Shown here in pieces: positions 54,092-64,000 of a stretch of DNA of 64,000 bases. Source of the stretch: Ruditapes philippinarum (Eukaryota); assembly GCF_026571515.1 (NCBI RefSeq), contig NW_026857992.1, positions 1 to 64,000 on the forward strand, given 5' to 3'. The translations under genes and the position numbers were made by a program. The first letter of the stretch is position 1. Every line of letters starts with the position of its first letter. The notes below the pieces were generated by a model. That model saw only the letters and a program-made list of their open reading frames with translations, made no database searches and was not told the DNA's origin.

Positions 54092-55349
54092 TTGTAACAT
54101 ACTTACCTAATCAGTGATTTGTTCACATTTTGGGGAAAAGTGGCAGGGCCCCTCAGCTTGGGAAAAAATGAGTCATCAGCATTTTTGGGTAACCATTCAA
54201 AATCAGCAAGGTTTGAAATAATCTTTATCATTGAAAACCAGAATAACCATGCTAATATCTATGCTGTTTTCCTCGGTCAAAATCACTCCAAAACATTTCA
54301 GGAGTTTTCTTTATGTTTAACGATTTTGTGGGGGAAAAGTTTTCAATAATTGGCAAAAAATATATAATTTTTTCAGATGGGGAATGGCAAATTGATCCTA
54401 AAAATTCACTGGCAAATTTAATGGTCTTTTTCTGCTTCGAGTTCAGTAATATCCATTTGCGATTTAGAGTTATGCTGGGGGTCTTGTCACAAGCCTTCTA
54501 AGATGGTTAGGCAGAGGCAAATCAATAGGCTGTTCAGAGTAATGCACTTCTAAAATACTTAAAAGTTATAGAATTAAAGGCAATAAATGTAGTATGTTAC
54601 TGTATTTGCCTTTCCTTAACTGTATCAATTGACACTTGACATATTTGTTGTCAGAATTAAAGTAATTGTAGGTCTGATACTAAGTTTTATTATGTTGCTG
54701 TTAAAACCTCTTTTTTGACTGACCCTTTTTATGCTCCTCAGTCCTTGATCTTTTAAGTTATAGTCACTGCTTCGTTTTCAGTAGTTCTGACATGCTTACA
54801 TGTAATTCTCCAACTTAATTTTGTATTCAATATCTTCCATATTTGGTAGGTAGATATTTTAGGTGGTCTGCTAAGCTTTGGAAAGAGATTTGGGTCACTG
54901 CCCAGGGTCAGATACTGAATGCTTACTAAAAACAGATTTTTACATTTTTCACTCATACATCTTTTACATATGGACTGATGTCTTGAATTGTGATGACAGT
55001 CGAAACTTGCACAAACTCGGACACATCCAAATTACCTTTAGCCATATGTCTTGTTTTACACGGAAGTTTAAGTTCTGGTTTGTCCAATGGTTGTGTATAC
55101 TTTTCTTATGTCCTCTTGTCACACTTACTTACTTTTACTCATTGTATCTTTATATAAAAAAAACAACAACCAGGATCGTAGTTGTTTGGCATGTTGATAT
55201 TTGTTCCTTTCATGGATCTCTTTCAAATTCTTTTTTTTGTATATATAATTATATTTATGTATGAGGTTGATTGGGTCAACTCATAGTTAAAGTCACAAAA
55301 ATAGGTTTTCCATTGAACCGTAATGAATTTTCAGATGTCTTTGGTATTG

Positions 55350-56656
55350 TGTCAAGTTTTTGGTTTCACTTATGAGATTTTTATCGATATTCTGAGCGGT
55401 ATTTGTGATTATAAGTTAAGAATCGCTGTACTCCTGGACTTGCTGCCGTATTGGACTTGCTGCAGTATTGGACTTGCTGCTCTTCTTGGACTTGCTGCAC
55501 TATTGGACTTGCTGCACTATTGGACTTGCTGCACTATTGGACTAGCTACGCTTCTTAGACTTGCTGCAGTATTGGACTTGCTGTACTATTGGACTTGCTA
55601 CAGTATTGGACTTGCTGCACTATTAGTCTTTCTGCGCTTCTTGGACTTGCTGCGCTTCTTGGACTTGCTGCACTTCTTGGACTTGCTGCGCTTTTTAGAC
55701 TTGCTGCGCTTCTAAGACTTGCTGCGCTCCTTGGACTTGCTGCGTTCCTTGGACTTGCTGCGCTTCTTAGACTTGCTGCGCTCCTTGGACTTGCTTCTTT
55801 TCTGGGAAGCGGATCGTTCTTAGACTTGCTTCTTTACTGGGAAGCGGACCGTTCTTAGACTTGCTTCTTTACTGGGAAGCGGACCGTTCTTAGACTTGCT
55901 TCTTTACTGGGAAGCGGACCGTTCTTAGAGACTTGCTTCTTTACTGGGAAGCGGATCGTTCTTAGACTTGCTTCTTTACTGGGAAGCGGACCGTTCTTTA
56001 GACTTGCTTCTTTACTGGAAGCGGATCGTTCTTAGACTTGCTTCTTTACTGGGAAGCGGACCGTTCTTAGACTTGCTTCTTTACAGGGAAGCGGACCGTT
56101 TCTTAGACTTGCTTCTTTACTGGGAAGCGGATCGTTCTTAGACTTGCTTCTTTACTGGGAAGCGGATCGTTCTTAGACTTGCTTCTTTACTGGGAAGCGG
56201 ACCGTTCTTAGACTTGCTTCTTTACTGGGAAGCGGACCGTTCTTAGACTTGCTTCTTTACTGGGAAGCGGACCGTTCTTAGACTTGCTTCTTTACTGGGA
56301 AGCGGACCGTTCTTAGACTTGCTTCTTTACTGGGAAGCGGACCGTTGCTAAGGCTCAACTCTTCACTAGAAAGCCGACCGTTTTCTAGACTTGCTGCTTT
56401 ATTCGGTTCCCTCACTGGACCTGCTCACCAACAAGGAGACTTGCTGAAAATTAAGCTTTCCGACAATATGTATAAAGCTTCTTTCGAAATCAAATTTTTT
56501 TTTCTTCTTTTTTTTATTTCCAATTTCATTTCATATAAATACACAACGCGCGAACCGGATAGAACGCCACAATTGTGACGTCACGTCAAAACAATAAATA
56601 ATACAAAATGGCGGACATTTGTGTTTCTTTTCATAAATAAAATGGCTATTTTGACA
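55350..56656 (-). repeat. 3' LTR (1.3 kb, mostly 17/18-bp and 35-bp tandem repeats)
   Basis: TG...CA termini; homologous to 61102-63664; 16 copies of the 35-bp unit TTAGACTTGCTTCTTTACTGGGAAGCGGA(C/T)CGTTC at ~55787-56345. Confidence 0.93.
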
Positions 56657-56669
56657 ACAGCCCTCTTCA
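56657..56669 (-). promoter_or_regulatory. Short polypurine tract
   Basis: Minus strand TGAAGAGGGCTGT directly precedes the 3' LTR. Confidence 0.55.
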
Positions 56670-56718
56670 AAAGGAAATATTAGATATTTCTATCAAATGT
56701 CAAAATAACATTCTTTTT

Positions 56719-59700
56719 TTATTCATCTGTTTCTTGATACTGTCTGCTTAGGTAGTCTGCAAAGATATTGTCGGATCCTTTGATGGCTTCAATACGGAAC
56801 TGGTATGATTGAAGAAATAAGGCCCACCTCACTAATCGACCATTGTCTGGTGTACTTTTCTGGATGTACGACAATGAACTGTGGTCCGTTTGTATGATGA
56901 ACTCTTTCCCATACAAGTATTTTTGGAACTTCTTTATTCCATATACGATTGCTAGACACTCTCTTTCTCCTACAGAATATTCCTTTCACGATCAAGTAGC
57001 TTTTTGCTTGCAAGGCAATAGGAAACAAGTCTCCCTCATATCTCTGAAGCAATGCTGAACCTATCGCAGCATTCGAGGCATCAAACTGTAAAATGAATTA
57101 TTTTGAAAAATCAGGCAGTCGAAGATATGGACTCTTGGTTTGATGCTCCTTTAAAGTATTAAAAGCTTTTTCCTGCTCTTCTCCCCATCGTACATTGTTT
57201 GGTAGGCCTTTATTCGTTAAGTCTGTAAGTGGTGCCGCAATCTCAGCAAACGATGGTATGAATCTCCTGTAATATCCGGCAGGTCCTAAGAACGCTTCTG
57301 ACTTGTCTTTTAGTCTTTGGCACTTCTGCTTCTTTGATTCTTGTCAGTTTTTTCCCTCCATTTGAACTATATGCCATTTCCAACCATGTGTCCTGTAAAA
57401 CCAATGTTGTTATATCCTATATAACACTTCGATGGCTTTATGGTAAGCTCTGCTTCTGCCAATCTTTGGAGGAGCTCCCGCAGCATTGTCATATGTTCTG
57501 TCCAGGTTGTTGTATGCCCTATCATATCGTCAACATAGTTTCAACAAAATCACACCTGCCAATAACTTCCGCATCATTCTGTTGAATGTGGCTCCAGAGT
57601 TAACCATACCGAAAGGCATTTTCTTGAATTGATAACTCCCTCTATCCGTTGCAAATGCTGTAAATCTGCGGCAATTTTCAGCAACTGGGATTTGCCAATA
57701 ACCTTTGCATAAGTCGATCTTGGTAAAATACTTAGCATCTTTCAGCTTTGCCATGATATCATCTACGCTTGCCATTGGTTCGGTGTCAAATTTGGTGACG
57801 GCATTCAGTCTTCTAAAATCAATACAAAATCGATTACTCCCATCTTTCTTCTTGACAATGACTATCGGTGCGTTGTATTCCGACACAGATGGTTCAATCA
57901 CATCAGCCTTTATCATATCTTGTATTTCATTTTCAACAGCTTGTCTCTTGGCATATGGTATGGGGTACTGTTTCACTCTCACCGGCGTCTTGTCTGTTAA
58001 TTCAACATGGTGCTCTATCAGTGGAGTTGTTCCTGGTCGCTCTGAAAACACTTCGCTAAATTCTTTAAGTATTGAAAGGACTTGCTTCCTCTGTTCAGGA
58101 GTAAGTCCCTCACTGATATTGACATCTTGGTATGTCTCTCCACTTGTGTAGTTAGGGAAGTCCAGGAGACTTTCGTCGTCCACCGCTCCATCTGAATTAT
58201 CATCAACGTCTTCTATGATTGCTACACTTGCTGCAATCTTATCTTGGCGTTCTTCATATTTCTTCAGCAAATTAATGTGGAACGTCTTCAGCTTGTCTCC
58301 AATCTTGATTCTGTAATCAAATTTATTCATTACTTCGACAACTTGAAAAGGTCCTTTCCATTGAAGCATCATCTTATTATTGTCTGTGGGTAAAAGCAGT
58401 AAGACTTTATCTCCAACACGCAAAACTCTGTTTCGAGCTCTCTTGTCATAGTGATGCTTATAGGTATTCTTGGCTTTCATCAGGCTTTCTCTGGCTATCT
58501 TGCATGTCTCCTCCAAGCGCTGCTTCAGGTTGAGCACATATAGGTATGTATTCTGTATATCAGGATCTTCTCCTTGAGTCCACATGTCCCTTAGAATTTG
58601 CATGGGCCCTTTTACTGTTCTTCCGTAGAGCAACTCAAACGGGGAAAAGCCTGTACTCGCCTGTGGTACCTCTCTATATGCAAATAATACGGCCGGTAGG
58701 TATCTATCCCAGTCCTTGGGTCTTTCCTGGCACATCTTCCGCAGCATACTTTTAAGCACTCCATTCATACGCTCACACAAGCCGTTGCACTTTTGATTGT
58801 AAGGTGTTGTGAAGAGTTGCTTCACAGATATGAGTCGGCATATCTCTTTCATGAGGTCTGCTGTAAATTGACTTCCTCTGTCACTTAGAACTTCTGAAGG
58901 AAATCCTACCCTTGAATATATTTCAAGCAGTGCTTCAGCAATGCTCTCGGTGTCTATTTTCGCCAATGGCACGGCTTCAGGGTAACGTGTGGCAAAATCC
59001 ACCACCGTCAAGATATATCTGTTGCCCTTCTCCGACACTGGTATAATCGGTCCTATCAAGTCTATTGCTACTCGATGAAATGGTTCCTCAATCACCGGCA
59101 TGTCTCCTAGGGGGACCTTCTTCACTCGCCCTTTTGGGATGGTCTTCTGGCACACGTCACACGATCTGCAAAAACGTCCCACATCTCCCGTTATTCCTGG
59201 CCAATGGAAGCTTGTCAGGATTCTGTCCTCTGTCTTTTTAGATGACAAATGTCCACCAACAATGGATTCATGGGCAAGTTCCATCACTCTCTTCCTAAAG
59301 TCTGTCGGAACAACAATCTGCTTGGAGTCATCACCATTTTTCTGAAAGTAGGCTCTAAAAAGCACACCGTTTTCCACCACGTATTTAAACTTGGCCCCAC
59401 CTTTGGTTTGTAGCTCTTCTGCCTTCTCTGCTAAGTCCCAAACTTTCTTTAATGAAGAGTCACCTTTCTGGGATTCCTTCAATTTCTCTATGTCAACTTC
59501 AGCTTCGCAGGAAGGTTTTGGAACAGTCAACGCTCTAGTTGGACGGTCTGCTCTCTGATGCTGTGCTCTTGTCATGACTGCTGCAACAGCCGATGGTTCT
59601 TCTGTCTCCTTCCATTCAGGATCAGGCTTATCAAGTACTCCAGCAACGTTACCAATCACTAAATCGCATATTAATGACTTAAGCACCATTGCCTCTAACT

Positions 59701-61058
59701 CCCCAACATAGTATGGCGTATCTACCCATATTTTCGCCAAAGGTACTACTTTGGCATCTCCATCAATTGTTATCATAACAATTTCTTTACCCGTGAGTTG
59801 TTCTTCTTTCACAAACTTCTTCTTTACCGCCGCTAACTCACATCCAGTATCTCTCAGCACTCTAACTGCATCTGCTCCAACAAAGCCCTTTTTCAACTCC
59901 AGGTTTCTTTCTTCTTCCAATAAATCAATGGTACAAGCTCCCGCGAGGATCGGCACAGTCTCACCACTGGCTAACTTCAACTTTCCATTTTCAGTGTTCT
60001 TCTCCAGTGGATTAAGGTCTGCTTTGGCACATACGGCTGCTACCTTGCGGTCACTTCTTACATCTTCTGGTTTTGTCTGCCTACAATCTTTTGCAATATG
60101 CCCCGTCTTGTTGCAAATAAAGCACACCTTCGGTGCTTGGCTTCTGTTGTTCTGTCGGCAGTCTCTGGCTAAATGGCCCGCCTTATTACAAATAAAGCAT
60201 GTCTTCACTAGCGAATTTCTATTCTCTGTCACTCTGCTTGATGTCTCTGGAATGGATCTCTTGCCCATCTGCCCTTGTTTTGGAACTGGAGTACCTCTGG
60301 CAAAAACAGAAGACGCCCCTTTATGCGCTTCTATGTACTGCTCTGCAAGGCGTGTTAACTCTTCTATTGATGTCGGCACTCTTTCTTTCAGGAAGACAGC
60401 CAAATCTGTGGAACACCCCTCGATGAACTGTTCCTTGATTAATAGCTCGCTTATTCCATGAAAGGTCTGCTCTACTCCAGCCATATCTGTCCACCTTGTG
60501 AAATATCGTCTCAACCTCTCAATGAACTGAAAAACAGACTCACCAGGTAGTGGTCTGCTCTGCCTGAACTTCACCCTGAAACCCTCTTCAGTCAACTGGT
60601 ATCGTTTTAAGATAGCCCTCTTCAGGGTGTCATACTCGTTGGCTTCTTCAATAGGCAAACTTGTAAAAACTTCCAGACCTTGCCCTGATAGTAATGAGCT
60701 TAAGCTCATTGCCCAAGAGTCTCTCTCTCAGTCTTGGCTGATGGCAAATCTTTCAAATCTCTCCAGAAATGAATCTATATTATCATTTGCTTCATCGAAC
60801 TTAGGTATTCTTGGTCTTGCTTCCCTCACTGGTGGTTACTTTGCAGGATTTGATCCGCTCAATCTCGAGATCTTTTTCCTTCATCTGGAGCTCAAAGTTT
60901 ATTTCCATCTGTCTTCTTTCTTCTTCACGCCTTCGGGCCCTTTCCTCTCTGGCTAGGCATTCTTCTTCCTTCTCTTGAAGAAACAATAATAAATCGCTGC
61001 CGGATAACCCTAGCTTTTCTCCTATTCTTAACCATTCGTCGTAATACATATTGCTCAT
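56719..61058 (-). pseudogene. Disrupted gag-pol; intact 1059-aa stretch at 57530-60709
   Basis: SCAN-like capsid, two CCHC knuckles (~60083-60199), protease LRDTGC (~59845), integrase HHCC + D,D,E + GPF, then RT (RFCIDFRRLN, MPFG; YVDD at 57526-57537 out of frame) and RNase H (DAS...ERECLA...TDH...ADYLSR). Frameshift near 60850, TGA at 60728-60730, several frameshifts in 56970-57560. Confidence 0.9.
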
Positions 61059-61081
61059 TTTATCAAAATCTCTTTTAAGTG

Positions 61082-61099
61082 ATCCCGGACGAGCCCCCA
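61082..61099 (-). promoter_or_regulatory. Primer-binding site, tRNA-Pro
   Basis: Minus strand reads TGGGGGCTCGTCCGGGAT, 2 nt after the 5' LTR; this is the known 18-nt tRNA-Pro PBS sequence. Confidence 0.92.
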
Positions 61100-62334
61100 A
61101 TTGTCAAGTTTTTGTTTTACTTATGAGATTTTTATTGAAATGAGCGGTACTTGAGATTATAAGTTAAGAATTGCTGCACTCCTTCAACTTCCTGCGCTGC
61201 TTAGACTTGCTGCAGTGTTTGACTTGCTGCAGTATTGGACTTGGTGAACTATTGGACTTGCTACGCTTCTTAGACTTGCTGCAGTATTGGACTTGCTGTA
61301 CTATTGGACTTGCTACAGTTTTGGACTTGCTGCACTATTGGACTTGCTGCACTATTAGTCTTTCTGCGCTTCTTGGACTTGCTGCGCTTCTTGGACTTGC
61401 TGCGCTTCTTGGACTTGCTGCGCTTTTTAGACTTGCTGCGCTTCTAAGACTTGCTGCGCTCCTTGGACTTGCTGCGTTCCTTGGACTTGCTGCGCTTCTT
61501 AGACTTGCTGCGCTCCTTGGACTTGCTTCTTTTCTGGGAAGCGGACCATTCTTAGACTTGCTTCTTTACTGGGAAGCGGACCGTTCTTAGACTTGCTTCT
61601 TTACTGGGAAGCGGACCGTTCTTAGACTTGCTTCTTTACTGGGAAGCGGATCGTTCTTAGACTTGCTTCTTTACTGGGAAGCGGACCGTTCTTAGACTTG
61701 CTTCTTTACTGGGAAGCGGACCGTTCTTAGACTTGCTTCTTTACTGGGAAGCGGACCGTTCTTAGACTTGCTTCTTTACTGGGAAGCGGACCGTTCTTAG
61801 ACTTGCTTCTTTACTGGGAAGAGGACCGTTCTTAGACTTGCTTCTTTACTGGGAAGCGGATCGTTTCTTAGACTTGCTTCTTTACTGGGAAGCGGATCGT
61901 TCTTAGACTTGCTTCTTTACTGGGAAGCGGACCGTTCTTAGACTTGCTTCTTTACTGGGAAGCGGACCGTTCTTAGACTTGCTTCTTTACTGGGAAGCGG
62001 ATCGTTCTTAGACTTGCTTCTTTACTGGGAAGCGGACCGTTCTTAGACTTGCTTCTTTACTGGGAAGCGGATCGTTCTTAGACTTGCTTCTTTACTGGGA
62101 AGCGGACCGTTCTTAGACTTGCTTCTTTACTGGGAAGCGGACCGTTCTTAGACTTGCTTCTTTACTGGGAAGCGGACCGTTGCTAAGGCTCAACTCTTCA
62201 CTAGAAAGCCGACCGTTTTCTAGACTTGCTGCTTTATTCGGTTCCCTCACTGGACCTGCTCACCAACAAGGAGACTTGCTGAAAATTAAGCTTTCCGACA
62301 ATATGTATAAAGCTTCTTTCGAAATCAAATTTTT

Positions 62335-63510
62335 TTATGCCCTCACAATGTGGGAGCATATAGCGTTGCACTTGTCCGTCCGTCCGTCAGTCCGTCCGTC
62401 CGTACGTCCCGAAATCTTGTGAACGCAACTCCTCTTAAACCGGATGGCAGATTTTGCTTAAACTTACAGGGATGAACAACCTTAATGTGTAGATGGTAGT
62501 AAAGGAAGGAATTTTCGCTGCGACCAAATTTAACAGAATTATGGCCCTTTGTTGATTTTTTCACTAGATACTATGTAGAAATTTTGTGAACGCAACTCCT
62601 CTTAAACCGGATTGCAGATTTTGCTTAAACTTACAGGGATAAACAACCTTACTGTGTAGATGGCAGTAAAGGAAGGAATTTTTGCTGCGACGAAATTTAA
62701 CAGAATTATGGCCCTTTGTTGATTTTTTCACTATATACTATGTAGAAATTTTGTGAACGCAACTCCTCTTAAACCGGATGGCAGATTTTGCTTAAACTTA
62801 CAGGGATGAACAACCTTAATGTGTAGATGGCAGTAAAGGAAGGAATTTTTGCTGCGACCAAATTTTACAGAATTATGGCCCTTTGTTGATTTTTTCACTA
62901 TATACTATGTAGAAATTTTGTGAATGCAACTCCTCTTAAACCGGATGGCAGATTTTGCTTAAACTTCCAGGGATGAACAACCTTAATGTGTAGATGGCAG
63001 TAAAGGAAGGAATTTTTGCTGCAACCAAATTTAACAGAATTATGGCCCTTTGTTGATTTTTTCATTATATACTATGTAGAAATTTTGTGAATGCAACTCC
63101 TCTTAAGCCGGATGGCAGATTTTGCTTAAACTTCCAGGGATGAACAACCTTAATGTGTAGATGGAAGTAAAGGAAGGAATTTTTGCTGCAACCAAATTTA
63201 ACAGAATTATGGCCCTTTGTTGATTTTTTCATTATATACTATGTAGAAATTTTGTGAACGCAACTCCTCTTAAACCGGATGGCAGATTTTGCTTAAACTT
63301 CCAGGGATTAACAACCTTAATGTGTAGATGGCAGTAAAGGAAGGAATTTTTGCTGCGACCAAATTTAATCGAATTATGGCCCTTTGTTGATTTTTAGTTT
63401 TCAACTTGTGGCACATGTAGACCAAAAAATATTTGACCTTGTCCTAGTCATAAGATTGACAGAACAGTGGCGTGTGGGGGCATCCGTGTCCTATGGACAC
63501 ATTTCTAGTT
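62335..63510 (+). mobile_element. Non-autonomous Helentron-like (HINE/pearl-type) element with 167-bp core repeats
   Basis: Inserted in a T-run; ATGCCC.../...GGGCAT subterminal IRs, (GTCC)n microsatellite, ~6 x 167-bp repeats (starts 62421, 62588, 62755, 62922, 63089, 63256), 3' hairpin GTGTCC-TAT-GGACAC, CTAGTT end. Confidence 0.85.
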
Positions 63511-63520
63511 TTCTTCTTTT

Positions 63521-63622
63521 TTTATTTCCAATTTCATTTCATATAAATACACAACGCGCGAACCGGATAGAACGCCACAATTGTGACGTCACGTCAAAAC
63601 AATAAATAATACAAAATGGCGG
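63521..63622 (-). promoter_or_regulatory. Putative U3 promoter of the 5' LTR
   Basis: In element sense: YY1-like CCGCCATTTT (~63613-63622), CRE TGACGTCA (63584-63591), TATA-like TATTTATA (63542-63549), AATAAA (63521-63526); identical copy in the 3' LTR (CRE at 56576-56583). Confidence 0.55.
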
Positions 63623-64000
63623 ACATTTGTGTTTCTTTTCATAAATAAAATGGCTATTTTGACATATTGTTACGGCCTTTCTTTACTCTATACCTCTACT
63701 CTTGTTTGCATTTTGTCATTTATAGTTTTAAAATAATATTGACAACATTGGAACAATTATATAGCAGTGTTTTTTCTTTCAATTTTCAAAACAACCTGTG
63801 GCTTTCTGAAGAAGAAAATATAGCACAATAAATCAGAAAAGAGGGAAATGAAATTATGGAATTAACCCACACATTTTATTAAATTTTCAATTTCAATTCA
63901 ATTTAACATGCATTGTACATAGCAGAGGCTATCTATAGGCTTCTAGCTGCTTTTAAGTCATGGTTCTGGTGAAAAATGTGCACAATGCCTTTTAGGGGAA

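Larger units (their letters stand above)
55350..63664 (-). mobile_element. Full-length Ty3/Gypsy LTR retrotransposon, Gmr1-like domain order (gag-PR-IN-RT-RH), degenerate
   Basis: Both LTRs start TGTCAA and end TTGACA; 5-bp TSD TATTG at 55345-55349 and 63665-63669; PBS, PPT and gag-pol present. Confidence 0.95.
61102..63664 (-). repeat. 5' LTR, interrupted by a Helentron-like insertion
   Basis: Same structure as the 3' LTR, with 19 copies of the 35-bp unit (~61519-62180); LTR sequence resumes at ~63510 after the insert. Confidence 0.93.

Noticed and set aside
55323-55858. + strand Leu/Ala-rich ORFs (LLGLAA)n, also 61171-61590
   Set aside because: Antisense translation of the LTR 18-bp repeat; no independent coding evidence.
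55787-56345. 35-bp repeats with internal palindrome resembling CRISPR direct repeats (also 61519-62180)
   Set aside because: Units are head-to-tail with no unique spacers, there are no cas genes, and they lie inside eukaryotic LTRs.

Overview
AT-rich, intron- and repeat-rich animal genomic DNA, not prokaryotic. The repeat families suggest a bivalve mollusc, probably a clam (inference). Four spliced genes were reconstructed by hand with consistent GT-AG phases. (1) 3' end of importin-13 (+; 284-350, 4618-4676, 6337-6423, 7639-7820, 8683-8791). (2) FBXL12-like F-box/LRR gene (-; 27712-27624, 26453-26287, 25859-25081; ~344 aa). (3) CFAP95/C9orf135 (+; 28039-28142, 28835-28940, 29623-29747, 30565-30697, 31469-31657; ~218 aa), head-to-head with FBXL12. 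(4) A CABIT-domain (GAREM/Themis/serrano-like) gene (-; 42481-42166, 37316-36481; ~383 aa). The right end holds a complete 8.3-kb Ty3/Gypsy LTR retrotransposon (55350-63664, - strand) with a TATTG TSD, a tRNA-Pro PBS, a SCAN-like gag and the Gmr1-type PR-IN-RT-RH order. The most striking observation is that the tandem repeats filling most of both LTRs read, in the element's sense, as KKRSKS/KRSAS hexapeptides resembling bivalve sperm protamine-like (PL-I) tails, suggesting a captured host gene fragment. The rest is nested non-autonomous DNA transposons (TTAA, TA and Helentron-like types), tRNA-derived SINEs and minisatellites. Most short ORFs in the track are spurious.
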